This document shows, in pieces, positions 28,471 through 37,368 of a stretch of DNA of 60,114 nt. Both the position numbers and the translations under genes were made by a program. Origin of the DNA: Eubacteriales bacterium (GTDB lineage Bacteria; Bacillota; Clostridia; Oscillospirales; CAG-272); the NCBI GenBank assembly GCA_045123255.1, contig JBGVIN010000106.1, forward strand, positions 1 to 60,114, given 5' to 3'. Numbering within the stretch: position 1 is the stretch's first letter; every line of letters begins with the position of its first letter. Below the pieces are notes generated by a model that was given only the letters and a program-made list of their open reading frames with translations, was not told the DNA's origin and searched no databases.

Positions 28471-30948
28471 ATGCAAAAATTTAACGTCACGGGAATGAGC
28501 TGTGCAGCTTGCTCGGCTCGTGTTGAAAAAGCAATTTCATCAGTTTCGGGTGTTACCGACTGCTCAGTAAGCCTTTTAACGGGTGAAGCAACGGCAGATG
28601 GTACGGCATCGAGCGAAAGCATAATAGATGCAGTTAAAAAAGCAGGCTACGGTGCAAGTGTTGCAAGCACCCAAACGCTTGAGGATGCGCTATTTCGCGA
28701 TACTGAAACGCCGAAATTAAGAAAGCGTCTTATCATTTCGTCCTGTCTGCTCCTTGTGCTTATGTACTTTTCTATGGGCAGCCACCTCGGCATTATCCCT
28801 GCGTTTTTGTCGAGGGAGTATTTGGTTTTAGCATTTTTGCAGCTTACACTTTCTCTTTCCATAATTATAATAAATAGGAAGTTTTTCATAAACGGAGCAA
28901 GGGGAGTTATAAAGCGCTCTCCAAATATGGACACGCTTGTTTCTCTTGGCTCAGGCATTTCGTTTATTTACAGCCTCGTTATGCTCGTTTTGATGTGCGT
29001 GCGCCACGGCGATGCGGAATTTTTAGAACAAACGCTTCACAAGGGGCTGTATTTTGAGTCCGCCGCTATGATTTTGGTGCTTATCACTCTTGGAAAAATG
29101 CTTGAATCAATTTCTAAGAAAAAAACGACAAGCGCGCTTAAAAATCTTATCAAAATGAAGCCGAAAACCGCACTTGTTTTAAGAGATGGGAAGGAAACGG
29201 AGGTTTCAGTATCGGAAATAAAAATAGGCGATGAGTTTATTATCAAGGCGGGCGGAATTATACCCGTTGACGGATTTGTTATATCAGGGGAAGCATCAAT
29301 TGACGAGTCTTGCCTGACGGGTGAAAGCATACCCTGTGACAAATCAAACGGAACGAAGATTTACGCCTCAACCGTATGTAAATCAGGATATATCGTTGCG
29401 CGTGCCGAGGAAATCGGCGAAAAAACCGCAATTTCAAAAATAATCAAAACCGTGTCGGACGCGCTCGGCACAAAAGCACCTATTGCCAAAATTGCCGACA
29501 CAGTGTCTGGGTTTTTCGTTCCGGTTGTTATTTTAATAGCGATAATTTCAACCGTAATTTGGCTCTTATGCGGCAGTGAATTTGCATACGCGCTTGAGCG
29601 CGGAATTTCGGTTCTCGTTATCAGCTGTCCGTGTGCCTTAGGCCTTGCAACACCCGTTGCTATAATGGTCGGCGGCGGTATAGGTGCAAAAAAAGGAATT
29701 CTTTTCAAGGATGCAGGCAAGCTTGAGCTTCTCGGCAAATGTGAATGGGTGCTTCTTGATAAAACAGGTACAATTACACAGGGTGTGCCCGAAATTACCG
29801 ATATTATCCCCTTTGGTATAGACGAAAACGAGCTTCTTTCATATGCATACACTCTTGAAAAAATGAGTGAGCATCCGCTTGCAAGGGCGGTTATCGACTA
29901 CGCCGAGGAAAATTCCGTTAAATCCTTTGAAATCAGTAGCTTCAAAACTCTTATGGGAAGTGGCGTTTGCGGTGAAATTGACAAAAATACAGTATTCGGC
30001 GCAAGCTATTCGTACACAATTTCAAAAATCGGCGAAAGCAGAGAGCTAAAAGCGCATTTCGAGCGTCTTTCAAACGAGGGAAAAACACCGTTATTTTTCG
30101 TAAAACGCGACACTCCCCTCGGCATAATTGCCGTGCGCGACAAAATCAAGGACGATAGCAGGAGCGCTATCAGCGCGCTAAAGGAAATGGGACTTACCAC
30201 GTCTATGGTGACGGGCGACAACGAAAAAACCGCGTGTGCAATTGCCAAAAGCGTCGGTATAGATCACGTCATTTCGGAGGTAATGCCAAACGAAAAAGCC
30301 GCCGAGGTTACAAAAGCCAAATCAAACGGCAGGGTTATAATGGTTGGTGACGGAATTAACGACGCGCCAGCTCTTGCAACGGCTGACGTCGGTGTTGCCA
30401 TAGGTGCAGGCACGGACGTTGCAATAGATACCGCTGACGTGGTGCTTGTAAAAAGCTCGCTTTCCGACCTTGTTACCGCTATAAAGCTAAGCCGTGCAAC
30501 GCTAATAAACATTAAGGAAAACCTGTTTTGGGCATTCATTTATAACGTTATCGGCATTCCGCTTGCCGCAGGCGCATTTATTGCCGTATCCGGCGGAAAA
30601 CTCACACTTACCCCGATGCTTGGCGCTCTTTTGATGAGCTTTTCAAGCGTAAGCGTGGTTCTAAACGCATTAAGACTAAACTTATTTAACGAAAAGAAGC
30701 ATTATAAGCGCAGAAAAAAGAATATAAAGAAAAAGGAGAAAAGGGAAATGAACGTAATATTAAAGGTTGAGGGAATGATGTGCCCACACTGTGAGGCGCA
30801 CGTAAAGAAAGCACTTGAAGCCATAGACGGCGTATCCTTGGCAGTGGCAAGCCACACAAAGGGCGAGGTTGAAATAACGCTTTCAAAGGACGTTTCTATT
30901 GACGTTTTGAAAAAGACTGTAACCGAGCAGGGATATACCGTAAAATAA
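28471..30948 (+). CDS. copA: Cu(I)-type P1B ATPase with N- and C-terminal HMA domains
   Basis: GMSCAAC, TGES, CPC, DKTGT, SEHPL, GDGINDAP, YN and MxxSS, C-terminal GMMCPHC; start re-called at MQKF. Confidence 0.93.
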   Translation: MQKFNVTGMSCAACSARVEKAISSVSGVTDCSVSLLTGEATADGTASSESIIDAVKKAGYGASVASTQTLEDALFRDTETPKLRKRLIISSCLLLVLMYFSMGSHLGIIPAFLSREYLVLAFLQLTLSLSIIIINRKFFINGARGVIKRSPNMDTLVSLGSGISFIYSLVMLVLMCVRHGDAEFLEQTLHKGLYFESAAMILVLITLGKMLESISKKKTTSALKNLIKMKPKTALVLRDGKETEVSVSEIKIGDEFIIKAGGIIPVDGFVISGEASIDESCLTGESIPCDKSNGTKIYASTVCKSGYIVARAEEIGEKTAISKIIKTVSDALGTKAPIAKIADTVSGFFVPVVILIAIISTVIWLLCGSEFAYALERGISVLVISCPCALGLATPVAIMVGGGIGAKKGILFKDAGKLELLGKCEWVLLDKTGTITQGVPEITDIIPFGIDENELLSYAYTLEKMSEHPLARAVIDYAEENSVKSFEISSFKTLMGSGVCGEIDKNTVFGASYSYTISKIGESRELKAHFERLSNEGKTPLFFVKRDTPLGIIAVRDKIKDDSRSAISALKEMGLTTSMVTGDNEKTACAIAKSVGIDHVISEVMPNEKAAEVTKAKSNGRVIMVGDGINDAPALATADVGVAIGAGTDVAIDTADVVLVKSSLSDLVTAIKLSRATLINIKENLFWAFIYNVIGIPLAAGAFIAVSGGKLTLTPMLGALLMSFSSVSVVLNALRLNLFNEKKHYKRRKKNIKKKEKREMNVILKVEGMMCPHCEAHVKKALEAIDGVSLAVASHTKGEVEITLSKDVSIDVLKKTVTEQGYTVK

Positions 30949-30954
30949 GAATTT

Positions 30955-30986
30955 AGCTCTCAAGCGTATGGCTTGGGAGCTTTTTT
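30955..30986 (+). terminator. Intrinsic terminator of copA
   Basis: agctctcaagc-gtatg-gcttgggagct plus T tract. Confidence 0.75.
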
Positions 30987-31051
30987 CTGAGAAATCCACC
31001 AAGAGTAGATAAAGCTCAACCACCCATCGTGGGGATATAGACTAATTTTAT

Positions 31052-31080
31052 TTGACAAAGCCGTTTAGGTGTGATATAAT
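31052..31080 (+). promoter_or_regulatory. Sigma-A promoter for the DtxR-family regulator
   Basis: TTGACA-17 bp-TATAAT with extended TG. Confidence 0.75.
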
Positions 31081-31121
31081 GAAATCAAATTAAGATAGCA
31101 TTTACAAGGGAGGGCGCGGAT

Positions 31122-31499
31122 ATGATAATCAAGGAATCGGCAGAAAACTATCTTGAATCTATTTTTATGCTTAAAAATCAACTCGGTCGCGTTCGCTCAA
31201 TCGACATTGCAAACGACCTTTCTGTTTCGAAGCCGAGTGTATCCGTTGCTATGAAAAACTTCCGCGAGGAGGGATATATCACCGTTGATGTTGACGGATA
31301 TATCGACTTGACGGAAAAGGGGCTTGAAATTGCAAATCGCGTTTACGAAAGACACGAGGTTATTGCAAAGGCGCTTGAAGCGCTTGGTGTCAGCCGTCAA
31401 ACAGCACTTGACGATAGCTGTAAAATCGAGCACGTTATAAGTGACGAAAGCTTTTCAAAAATAAAGGATTTTCTCAATTCAAAATCAAATAACAAATAA
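31122..31499 (+). CDS. DtxR/MntR-family metal-dependent repressor (no SH3 domain)
   Basis: ESAENYLE, SKPSVS HTH, LTEKG...YERHE, CKIEH. Confidence 0.92.
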   Translation: MIIKESAENYLESIFMLKNQLGRVRSIDIANDLSVSKPSVSVAMKNFREEGYITVDVDGYIDLTEKGLEIANRVYERHEVIAKALEALGVSRQTALDDSCKIEHVISDESFSKIKDFLNSKSNNK

Positions 31500-31517
31500 T
31501 TAAAAAGGAGTGTTTTT

Positions 31518-32372
31518 ATGGACGAAATCTTAAAAACCGACGCTTGCACACTTGAAAACCCAGAAGCGTGCAACGAAAGCGTCGAGGCATCAGCTGAGCA
31601 AGCCGAAGCTACTGAATACTGTGACTGCTGTGCTCAAAAAGAATCCGTAAGTGAAGACGGCGAGCCGAAGGAAAACGTTGTTTCGGTTAGCAAGCTTTTC
31701 AAGGATTACGGCAAGCTTATGGCATTAAACGGAGTTGATTTGTCACTTACATCAGGAAAAATCGTTGGTCTTCTCGGCCCTAACGGCAGCGGAAAGACAA
31801 CTCTTATTAAAATTCTTGCAGGTCTTTTAACAGCAACACAAGGAGAAGCAAAAATTTGCGGCAAGGAAATCGGCGAGGAAACGAAGGCTATCGTTTCTTA
31901 CCTACCCGAGCGTCCTTATTTCGGCTCTTGGATGAGAGTTGAAGAGTGCCTTGATTTCTTTGGCGACTTTTATAAGGACTTCGACCGCGAGCTTGCAGAA
32001 AAAATGCTAATCGACCTTGAAATTGACAAGACAAAGAAGCTTCGTACGCTTTCAAAGGGTACGCGCGAAAAGGTTCAGCTCATTTTAGTTATGTCAAGAC
32101 GTGCAAAGCTATACTTGCTTGACGAGCCTATTGCCGGCGTTGACCCTGCGGCGCGCGACTATATTCTCGAAACAATTATATCAGCATACAACAGAGAGGC
32201 AACCGTCGTTATCTCAACTCACTTAATTTCCGACATCGAAAACGTGCTTGACGAATATATCTTCATTAAGCACGGAAACATCGTTGAATTTGGAAGCGCA
32301 AAGAATTACGAAGAGAAAAACGGCGAAACGCTCGATATGCATTTCAGGGAGGTGTTCAAGTATGTTCGCTAA
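31518..32372 (+). CDS. ABC transporter ATP-binding protein with acidic Cys-rich N-terminal extension
   Basis: GPNGSGKTT, LSKG, LLDEP, STH; aaggag RBS supports the long start. Confidence 0.92.
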   Translation: MDEILKTDACTLENPEACNESVEASAEQAEATEYCDCCAQKESVSEDGEPKENVVSVSKLFKDYGKLMALNGVDLSLTSGKIVGLLGPNGSGKTTLIKILAGLLTATQGEAKICGKEIGEETKAIVSYLPERPYFGSWMRVEECLDFFGDFYKDFDRELAEKMLIDLEIDKTKKLRTLSKGTREKVQLILVMSRRAKLYLLDEPIAGVDPAARDYILETIISAYNREATVVISTHLISDIENVLDEYIFIKHGNIVEFGSAKNYEEKNGETLDMHFREVFKYVR

Positions 32373-33312
32373 ATTATTTAAGCACGATATGAGAAACACA
32401 ATGCGTATTGGCTTACCGCTTCTTATCGGTGCTATCGCGCTTGTGATTTTTGGAATTTTCAATAATCTTTTTGCCTCATTTACACAGGATTTATCGCTAA
32501 AAATGTTTGAATGGACGGTCGACGGCACAATAGACGAGCGATTAGCTGTTGTGCTTTCCATTTTGATATCACTCACCTCAATGATTTCAACCTTCTTTTC
32601 ATCAATAGGCACAATGGTGCTTTCCGCAACCTATATTGCAATGGTTATTATCAACCTTGTAAACTTCTATAAGAACCTCATCACCGACGAGGGATATCTT
32701 ATGTTTACGTTGCCTGTACGCCCTATTGAAATCCTTTCATCAAAGCTTGTAAACGCGTGCATTTGGAATTTTTCCGCATACGTTATCGTTCTTACCGGCG
32801 CATTGCTCCAAGGCGCGCCAACCTATATCCGTGCAATTGCACTTATGATTGAAACGAACAAGGAGCTTGGCTTAGAGGTTGAAATTTGGCCTGTTATTCA
32901 AGAAACGTTTGGAATTTCAGGAATCAACCCAATGCTTCTTGTCCTTATGCTCGTGCTTGCTATCGCGGTTTCAATTTGCATAGTTATTGCAACACCTGCA
33001 TTTATGTTCTTTACAATTTACCTCGGCGGCGTTGTTGCAAAGAAGCACAAGCTCATTGCAGGCGCAGGATTTACGCTTCTCGGCTACGAAATTTACTCAA
33101 TCCTTGAAACAATTATCGCTTTCTTCAGCATCAGCTGTGCCTTGATTCCTGTTTTCTTTGTAAAAAACGTCACAGGTGCTGAAATACTTAACTACGTATT
33201 TATAATCCTTAGCATAATTCTTTCACTTTCAGTAGTGCTACTCATCGCAGCTATCGTTATCTTCTTCATCCTTACCAAGTGGTTAATGACAAAGAAGCTC
33301 AATTTGCCGTAA
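32362..33312 (+). CDS. ABC-2-type permease
   Basis: MFAKLFKHD start with ggaggt RBS, EGYLMFTLPV..ILSSKL motif, about 6 TM helices. Confidence 0.82.
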   Translation: MFAKLFKHDMRNTMRIGLPLLIGAIALVIFGIFNNLFASFTQDLSLKMFEWTVDGTIDERLAVVLSILISLTSMISTFFSSIGTMVLSATYIAMVIINLVNFYKNLITDEGYLMFTLPVRPIEILSSKLVNACIWNFSAYVIVLTGALLQGAPTYIRAIALMIETNKELGLEVEIWPVIQETFGISGINPMLLVLMLVLAIAVSICIVIATPAFMFFTIYLGGVVAKKHKLIAGAGFTLLGYEIYSILETIIAFFSISCALIPVFFVKNVTGAEILNYVFIILSIILSLSVVLLIAAIVIFFILTKWLMTKKLNLP

Positions 33313-33334
33313 TATAAAACACAAGCAAACGTAA

Positions 33335-33366
33335 AAAAGAGCAGGCATTTTTGTGCTTGCTCTTTT
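33335..33366 (+). terminator. Intrinsic terminator
   Basis: aaaagagca-g-gca...tgc-t-tgctctttt. Confidence 0.6.
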
Positions 33367-33412
33367 ACAATATTTAGTTTTTCAAAAAATTTCAAAAATT
33401 TTTATTTTCCTA

Positions 33413-33441
33413 TTGACAAACCGTTTTTTATATGATACAAT
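33413..33441 (+). promoter_or_regulatory. Sigma-A promoter of the tRNA operon
   Basis: TTGACA-17 bp-TACAAT with extended TG. Confidence 0.8.
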
Positions 33442-33463
33442 AAGGTGCGTTGCAGGACAATAT

Positions 33464-33538
33464 GCTGGTGTGGCTCAATGGCAGAGCAGCTGATTTGTAA
33501 TCAGCAGGTTGATGGTTCGACTCCGTTCACCAGCTCCA
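33464..33538 (+). tRNA. tRNA-Thr(TGT)
   Basis: Acceptor gctggtg/caccagc, anticodon arm gctga-tttgtaa-tcagc, TTCGACT T-loop, encoded CCA. Confidence 0.96.
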
Positions 33539-33556
33539 AGTCCTGCAACTTTATAA

Positions 33557-33641
33557 GGGGGATTTCCCGAGCGGCCAAAGGGGGCAGACTGTAAATCTGT
33601 TGTCGACGACTTCGCTGGTCCGAATCCAGCATCCCCCACCA
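33557..33641 (+). tRNA. tRNA-Tyr(GTA), T-loop variant
   Basis: Acceptor gggggat/atccccc, anticodon arm gcaga-ctgtaaa-tctgt, long variable arm, T-loop reads TCCGAAT, encoded CCA. Confidence 0.93.
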
Positions 33642-33675
33642 AAAAATACCGAGAACTCTGTTCTCGGTATTTTTT
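33642..33675 (+). terminator. Terminator of the tRNA operon
   Basis: aaaaataccgagaac-tct-gttctcggtattttt. Confidence 0.88.
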
Positions 33676-33678
33676 TAT

Positions 33679-33845
33679 CCATTGCGAAAGCAATGGCATA
33701 TCATCACGCTTTTGCGTGTATATCATCGCCGAAGGTGTATATCATCAACCGTAGGTTGCATTCTTTCGCAATGATGATATACAATTTCTGCGAAATTGGT
33801 GATATACAAAACTTTGTTTTGATGATATACACGCCTTACGGCGTG
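33679..33845. repeat. Two-armed inverted mini-hairpin array (linker TATATCAT / RTGATATA), 4+3 hairpins
   Basis: Left: ccattgc/gaaa/gcaatgg, cacgc/tttt/gcgtg, cgcc/gaa/ggtg, caacc/gta/ggttg. Right: caatttc/tgc/gaaattg, caaaac/ttt/gttttg, cacgcc/ttac/ggcgtg. Confidence 0.9.
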
Positions 33846-33921
33846 ATTTGGATGCGAGAAAGCGCAAATCTATTGAATAAACTGCTTAGTTGTGATATAA
33901 TACACTTGATGAGGTGATATT

Positions 33922-34269
33922 ATGTCAAAAAATTATTTACTAATATATTCAGAGCAGTTGGCAACTGATATAGAATTGCTTTGCCAAAACATCAATGCTC
34001 CCTCTAATACTCTTTTTCAGATCCGCAAAAGTTCAAGCAGTGTGTATGCGAATATCCGTGAAGCCAATTACGGACAGAGCAAGGCGGATATGCTTTCAAA
34101 ATTCGAAATCGCGCTCAAGGAATGTAGCGAAACCGAAGGCTGGTTACAGTTGTTACATAATGCAAACGGAATAGATGAAGAAACCTATAAAAATCATCGA
34201 AATCTTTGCGGTCGTATAAGACGAATGTTGATTTCGAGTTGTAAGACTTTGAAGGAGAATATGAAATGA
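33922..34269 (+). CDS. Four-helix-bundle protein (TIGR02436 / 23S_rRNA_IVP-like)
   Basis: QIRKSSSSVYANIREA, SKADMLSKFEIALKECSETEGWL family signature. Confidence 0.88.
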   Translation: MSKNYLLIYSEQLATDIELLCQNINAPSNTLFQIRKSSSSVYANIREANYGQSKADMLSKFEIALKECSETEGWLQLLHNANGIDEETYKNHRNLCGRIRRMLISSCKTLKENMK

Positions 34270-34937
34270 AAATTATCTCTTGGAATTGCAATGGTAAATT
34301 TCGAGAAAAATTTCGAGATATTCTTGAATTGGATGCAGACATATATGTTATTCAAGAATGCGAAAACCCCGCAGAAAGTTCTTGTGTTGAGTATGTGGAT
34401 TTTGCAAAAAATCACCTTTGGATTGGCGAACACAAAAGCAAAGGGTTGGGTGTGTTTGCGAGAGAAGGCGTGAGAATGAGGGAGAACGATTGGAAAAAGT
34501 TTTGTTTGAGAAACTTTTTGTCAGTGAACATTAATAACAGTTTTGACTTAGTTGCAGTTTGGGCTTGTCATCCTTATATCGAGGAATATTATATTTATCA
34601 AAGTATTAATATTGTCAACTATAATGAAAATACCATCATAATTGGTGATTTTAACAGCAATGCAATTTGGGATAAAAAGCACCACTCTCGAACACACAGT
34701 GCTATAGTGCAACAACTTAATGATATTGGAATTAGCTCCGCATATCACTACTCTACTAACGAAGTGCAAGGAAGCGAAACGGCACCTACATTCTATTTAT
34801 ATCGCCATTTTGACAAACCATATCACATAGATCATTGTTTTACGGCGGCAAAAAACATACATAGTTATCATGTCTTGAACAGTTTGCATTGGCTTGAAAA
34901 ATCAGACCATATGCCGATATTGTTAAAAACTAAATGA
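34266..34937 (+). CDS. Endonuclease/exonuclease/phosphatase (EEP) family protein
   Basis: ISWNCNG, IQEC, IGDFN, HIDH, SDHMP; ATGA overlap with the four-helix-bundle gene. Confidence 0.9.
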   Translation: MKIISWNCNGKFREKFRDILELDADIYVIQECENPAESSCVEYVDFAKNHLWIGEHKSKGLGVFAREGVRMRENDWKKFCLRNFLSVNINNSFDLVAVWACHPYIEEYYIYQSINIVNYNENTIIIGDFNSNAIWDKKHHSRTHSAIVQQLNDIGISSAYHYSTNEVQGSETAPTFYLYRHFDKPYHIDHCFTAAKNIHSYHVLNSLHWLEKSDHMPILLKTK

Positions 34938-35065
34938 ATGCGTATTGTTCACGCACCTTTTTTGTGGTTTACGGTTGTGCCTTTAGGTGTCAGCCCCTCC
35001 TCTTGATTTATTATCGTATTTGTGATATAATTGTTTCATAAGCCTAAATAAAGAAAGGAAAGGTT

Positions 35066-36367
35066 ATGAAAAAGCGACTTTCTCCAAAATTTTTATTGGC
35101 GCTCACGCTCTTTAGCCTTATCGGGCAGGTTGCGTGGGTTGTCGAAAATATGTATCTAAACGTCTTTATTTACAATATGTTCTCTGCTGACGCGGGTGCA
35201 ATTTCCTTAATGGTTGGCGCAAGCGCAGTAAGTGCCGCACTCACAACCGTTTTTATCGGCGCACTATCCGACAAGATAGGCAAGCGCAAGGTCTTTATGT
35301 GCGGCGGATATATCCTTTGGGGTGTATCTATTCTTGGCTTTACGCTTCTTAGGGTTGATATTCTCAAAGCTATATTCCCGTTTGCAAGCGCGGCTGTGCT
35401 CGGCGTTGCATTTACAGTTGCCCTTGACGTTATTATGACGTTTTTCGGCTCAAGCGCAAACGACGCCGCGTTTAATGCGTGGCTGACGGACTCAACGAGC
35501 GAATCAAACCGTGGCACAGCAGAGGGAATAAACGCAATGATGCCTCTTGTGGCTATTTTGGCGGTTTTCGGCGGCTTTATGGCGTTTGACCTTACCTTAC
35601 CACGTAGCTGGACAATAATATTCATTATCATCGGTATTGTCGTAATTTTAGTTGGTATTCTTGGATTTTTCATCATCAAGGAGCCGAAATTAGAGCCTGC
35701 CAAGGAAGGCTATTTTAAGACGGTTATTTACGGCTTTTTGCCAAGCACAATTAAAAAAAGCCCAAGCCTGTATCTGTATCTTTGCGGTTTTATCATTTTC
35801 AACATCGCAATTCAAATCTTTATGCCGTACTTAATTATTTACTACGAGCGCTCGCTCGGAATGGAAAATTACGTTTTCATTATGGCGCCCGCAATAATAA
35901 TTGCATCGGTTGCTACGGTGCTTTTCGGCAAGCTTTACGACAAGCGCGGCTTTGTCCTTTCCTCGTCAATTTCGATTGGACTTTTAGCGCTCGGCTTTTT
36001 GACGTTGTTTATTTTCAAGCACACCGTGCCCGTCTTTATCGGCTCACTCCTTATGATGTCGGGTTACCTTGCGGGAATGGCAGTGTTCGGCGCAAAAATC
36101 CGTGATTTAACTCCACTCGGCAAATCGGGAATGCTCCAGGGCGCACGTATTTTCTCGCAGGTTTTAGTCCCCGGCATTGTCGGCCCGTTTATTGGCAAGC
36201 TCGTGCTTTCAAATGCCGAGCAAATAGAAAACAGCGACGGCACTTATTCATTTTTACCGAACGAATATATCTTCCTCGCCGCCCTTGTCACTACTATAAT
36301 CCTTGCTATATACTTAATTATACTTTTCGTTGTAAAAGCGAAGCGTAAAAAAGAACCTCGAAAATGA
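35066..36367 (+). CDS. MFS transporter
   Basis: About 12 TM helices, GALSDKIGKRK motif A, GKLYDKRG repeat. Confidence 0.88.
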   Translation: MKKRLSPKFLLALTLFSLIGQVAWVVENMYLNVFIYNMFSADAGAISLMVGASAVSAALTTVFIGALSDKIGKRKVFMCGGYILWGVSILGFTLLRVDILKAIFPFASAAVLGVAFTVALDVIMTFFGSSANDAAFNAWLTDSTSESNRGTAEGINAMMPLVAILAVFGGFMAFDLTLPRSWTIIFIIIGIVVILVGILGFFIIKEPKLEPAKEGYFKTVIYGFLPSTIKKSPSLYLYLCGFIIFNIAIQIFMPYLIIYYERSLGMENYVFIMAPAIIIASVATVLFGKLYDKRGFVLSSSISIGLLALGFLTLFIFKHTVPVFIGSLLMMSGYLAGMAVFGAKIRDLTPLGKSGMLQGARIFSQVLVPGIVGPFIGKLVLSNAEQIENSDGTYSFLPNEYIFLAALVTTIILAIYLIILFVVKAKRKKEPRK

Positions 36368-36376
36368 GGTTCTTTT
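36349..36376. terminator. Bidirectional terminator between MFS and NERD genes
   Basis: aaaagaacctc-gaaaat-gaggttctttt overlapping the MFS stop. Confidence 0.7.
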
Positions 36377-37267
36377 TTAATATGCGTTTTTTTCCTTGCC
36401 GAATATTATTCTATCAATTCCGCTGAGCGTTAATTCTACCACGCCATCGGTTGTTAACGCCTTGATTTTTTTGTTCTCAAAGGAATAAGCCTTAGTCGTA
36501 CCGTCTTGGTAGTGAAGCACCGCTGTGTCGCTCGTATAATTGTGAATTACATCCATATACCAAGCACCCTGTGTCGCAAAATCGAGTATTGCAACCGCCA
36601 AAAGTTGTTTTCTTGTGCCGAAAATTCCCGAGCCTATAATTCTGTCGGCAGGGCGCAGCTCATTAAAAAATTTCGTTGACGCTTGACTTGTCGGCTTGCT
36701 TTCTCTTTCGATATAGTCAACTAAGTCCTCTATTCTGTCAAAAACAGGGCTACCCTCACTCACCCTTAGTGAATCGTTCTCTTCAATATAAACAACGCCG
36801 TTTATATAGACGTGTCCCGTCATATTCTCTTTAAGAAGCGAAATTGCACGTCTTATCTGTCTTATCGGCGACTTAAAATATTTGGTGTGAATTTCACCCG
36901 TATATGGGTCGCGCTTATGCTTTACAAACCCGTCCTCGGTTTCGTAAACGTCACCCTTCCAGCTCTTTATTTCAATGGCAAAAAGTGAGCCGCGATAAAG
37001 AAGCATACAGTCAATTTCCGCGTTTCCGTTTTCATTTAATATTATTATATTGGTTTTTATTTTCGCCTCAGGCAAAAGTGAAATAATATCATTGACCGCT
37101 TCGCGTTCGCCGAGCGTGCCGTAAATTTGCGCGTCGCTAAGTGGGGAAATATCCACCCTCTCTTTTTTTCGCGCATTATGGATTTTTCTGTCCTTTCTTC
37201 TTACCTCGCGCTTTTGCGAAAGCTCGAAAAAAATCTCCTTTATTTTTGCAAATAGATTTTTCAGCAA
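36377..37267 (-). CDS. NERD (nuclease-related) domain protein
   Basis: GTLGE, EIDCMLL, AIEIKSWKG, SPIRQ: PD-(D/E)xK-like NERD pattern; TTG start. Confidence 0.75.
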   Translation of the reverse strand: MLKNLFAKIKEIFFELSQKREVRRKDRKIHNARKKERVDISPLSDAQIYGTLGEREAVNDIISLLPEAKIKTNIIILNENGNAEIDCMLLYRGSLFAIEIKSWKGDVYETEDGFVKHKRDPYTGEIHTKYFKSPIRQIRRAISLLKENMTGHVYINGVVYIEENDSLRVSEGSPVFDRIEDLVDYIERESKPTSQASTKFFNELRPADRIIGSGIFGTRKQLLAVAILDFATQGAWYMDVIHNYTSDTAVLHYQDGTTKAYSFENKKIKALTTDGVVELTLSGIDRIIFGKEKNAY

Positions 37268-37308
37268 AGAAATCCCCCCCTATATCAGCTCACAATTTTG
37301 TAAAATTT

Positions 37309-37339
37309 AAGCCTCGGAAAGCAGAATCCGAGGCTTTTT
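37309..37339 (-). terminator. Terminator after rny
   Basis: aagcctcgga / tccgaggctt stem. Confidence 0.7.
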
Positions 37340-37368
37340 GTGTAAAAATTTATGTGGGTCTTACCCTA

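Noticed and set aside
33600-33917. 105-aa ORF across tRNA-Tyr and the hairpin array
   Set aside because: It overlaps a tRNA and a terminator, has no RBS, and is a by-product of the repeat sequence.
33922-34269. Diversity-generating retroelement (Avd-like protein)
   Set aside because: No reverse transcriptase and no TR/VR pair with adenine-specific mismatches in the window.
33464-35060. Prophage or integrative element at the tRNAs
   Set aside because: No integrase and no duplicated tRNA 3' end seen downstream of the islet.
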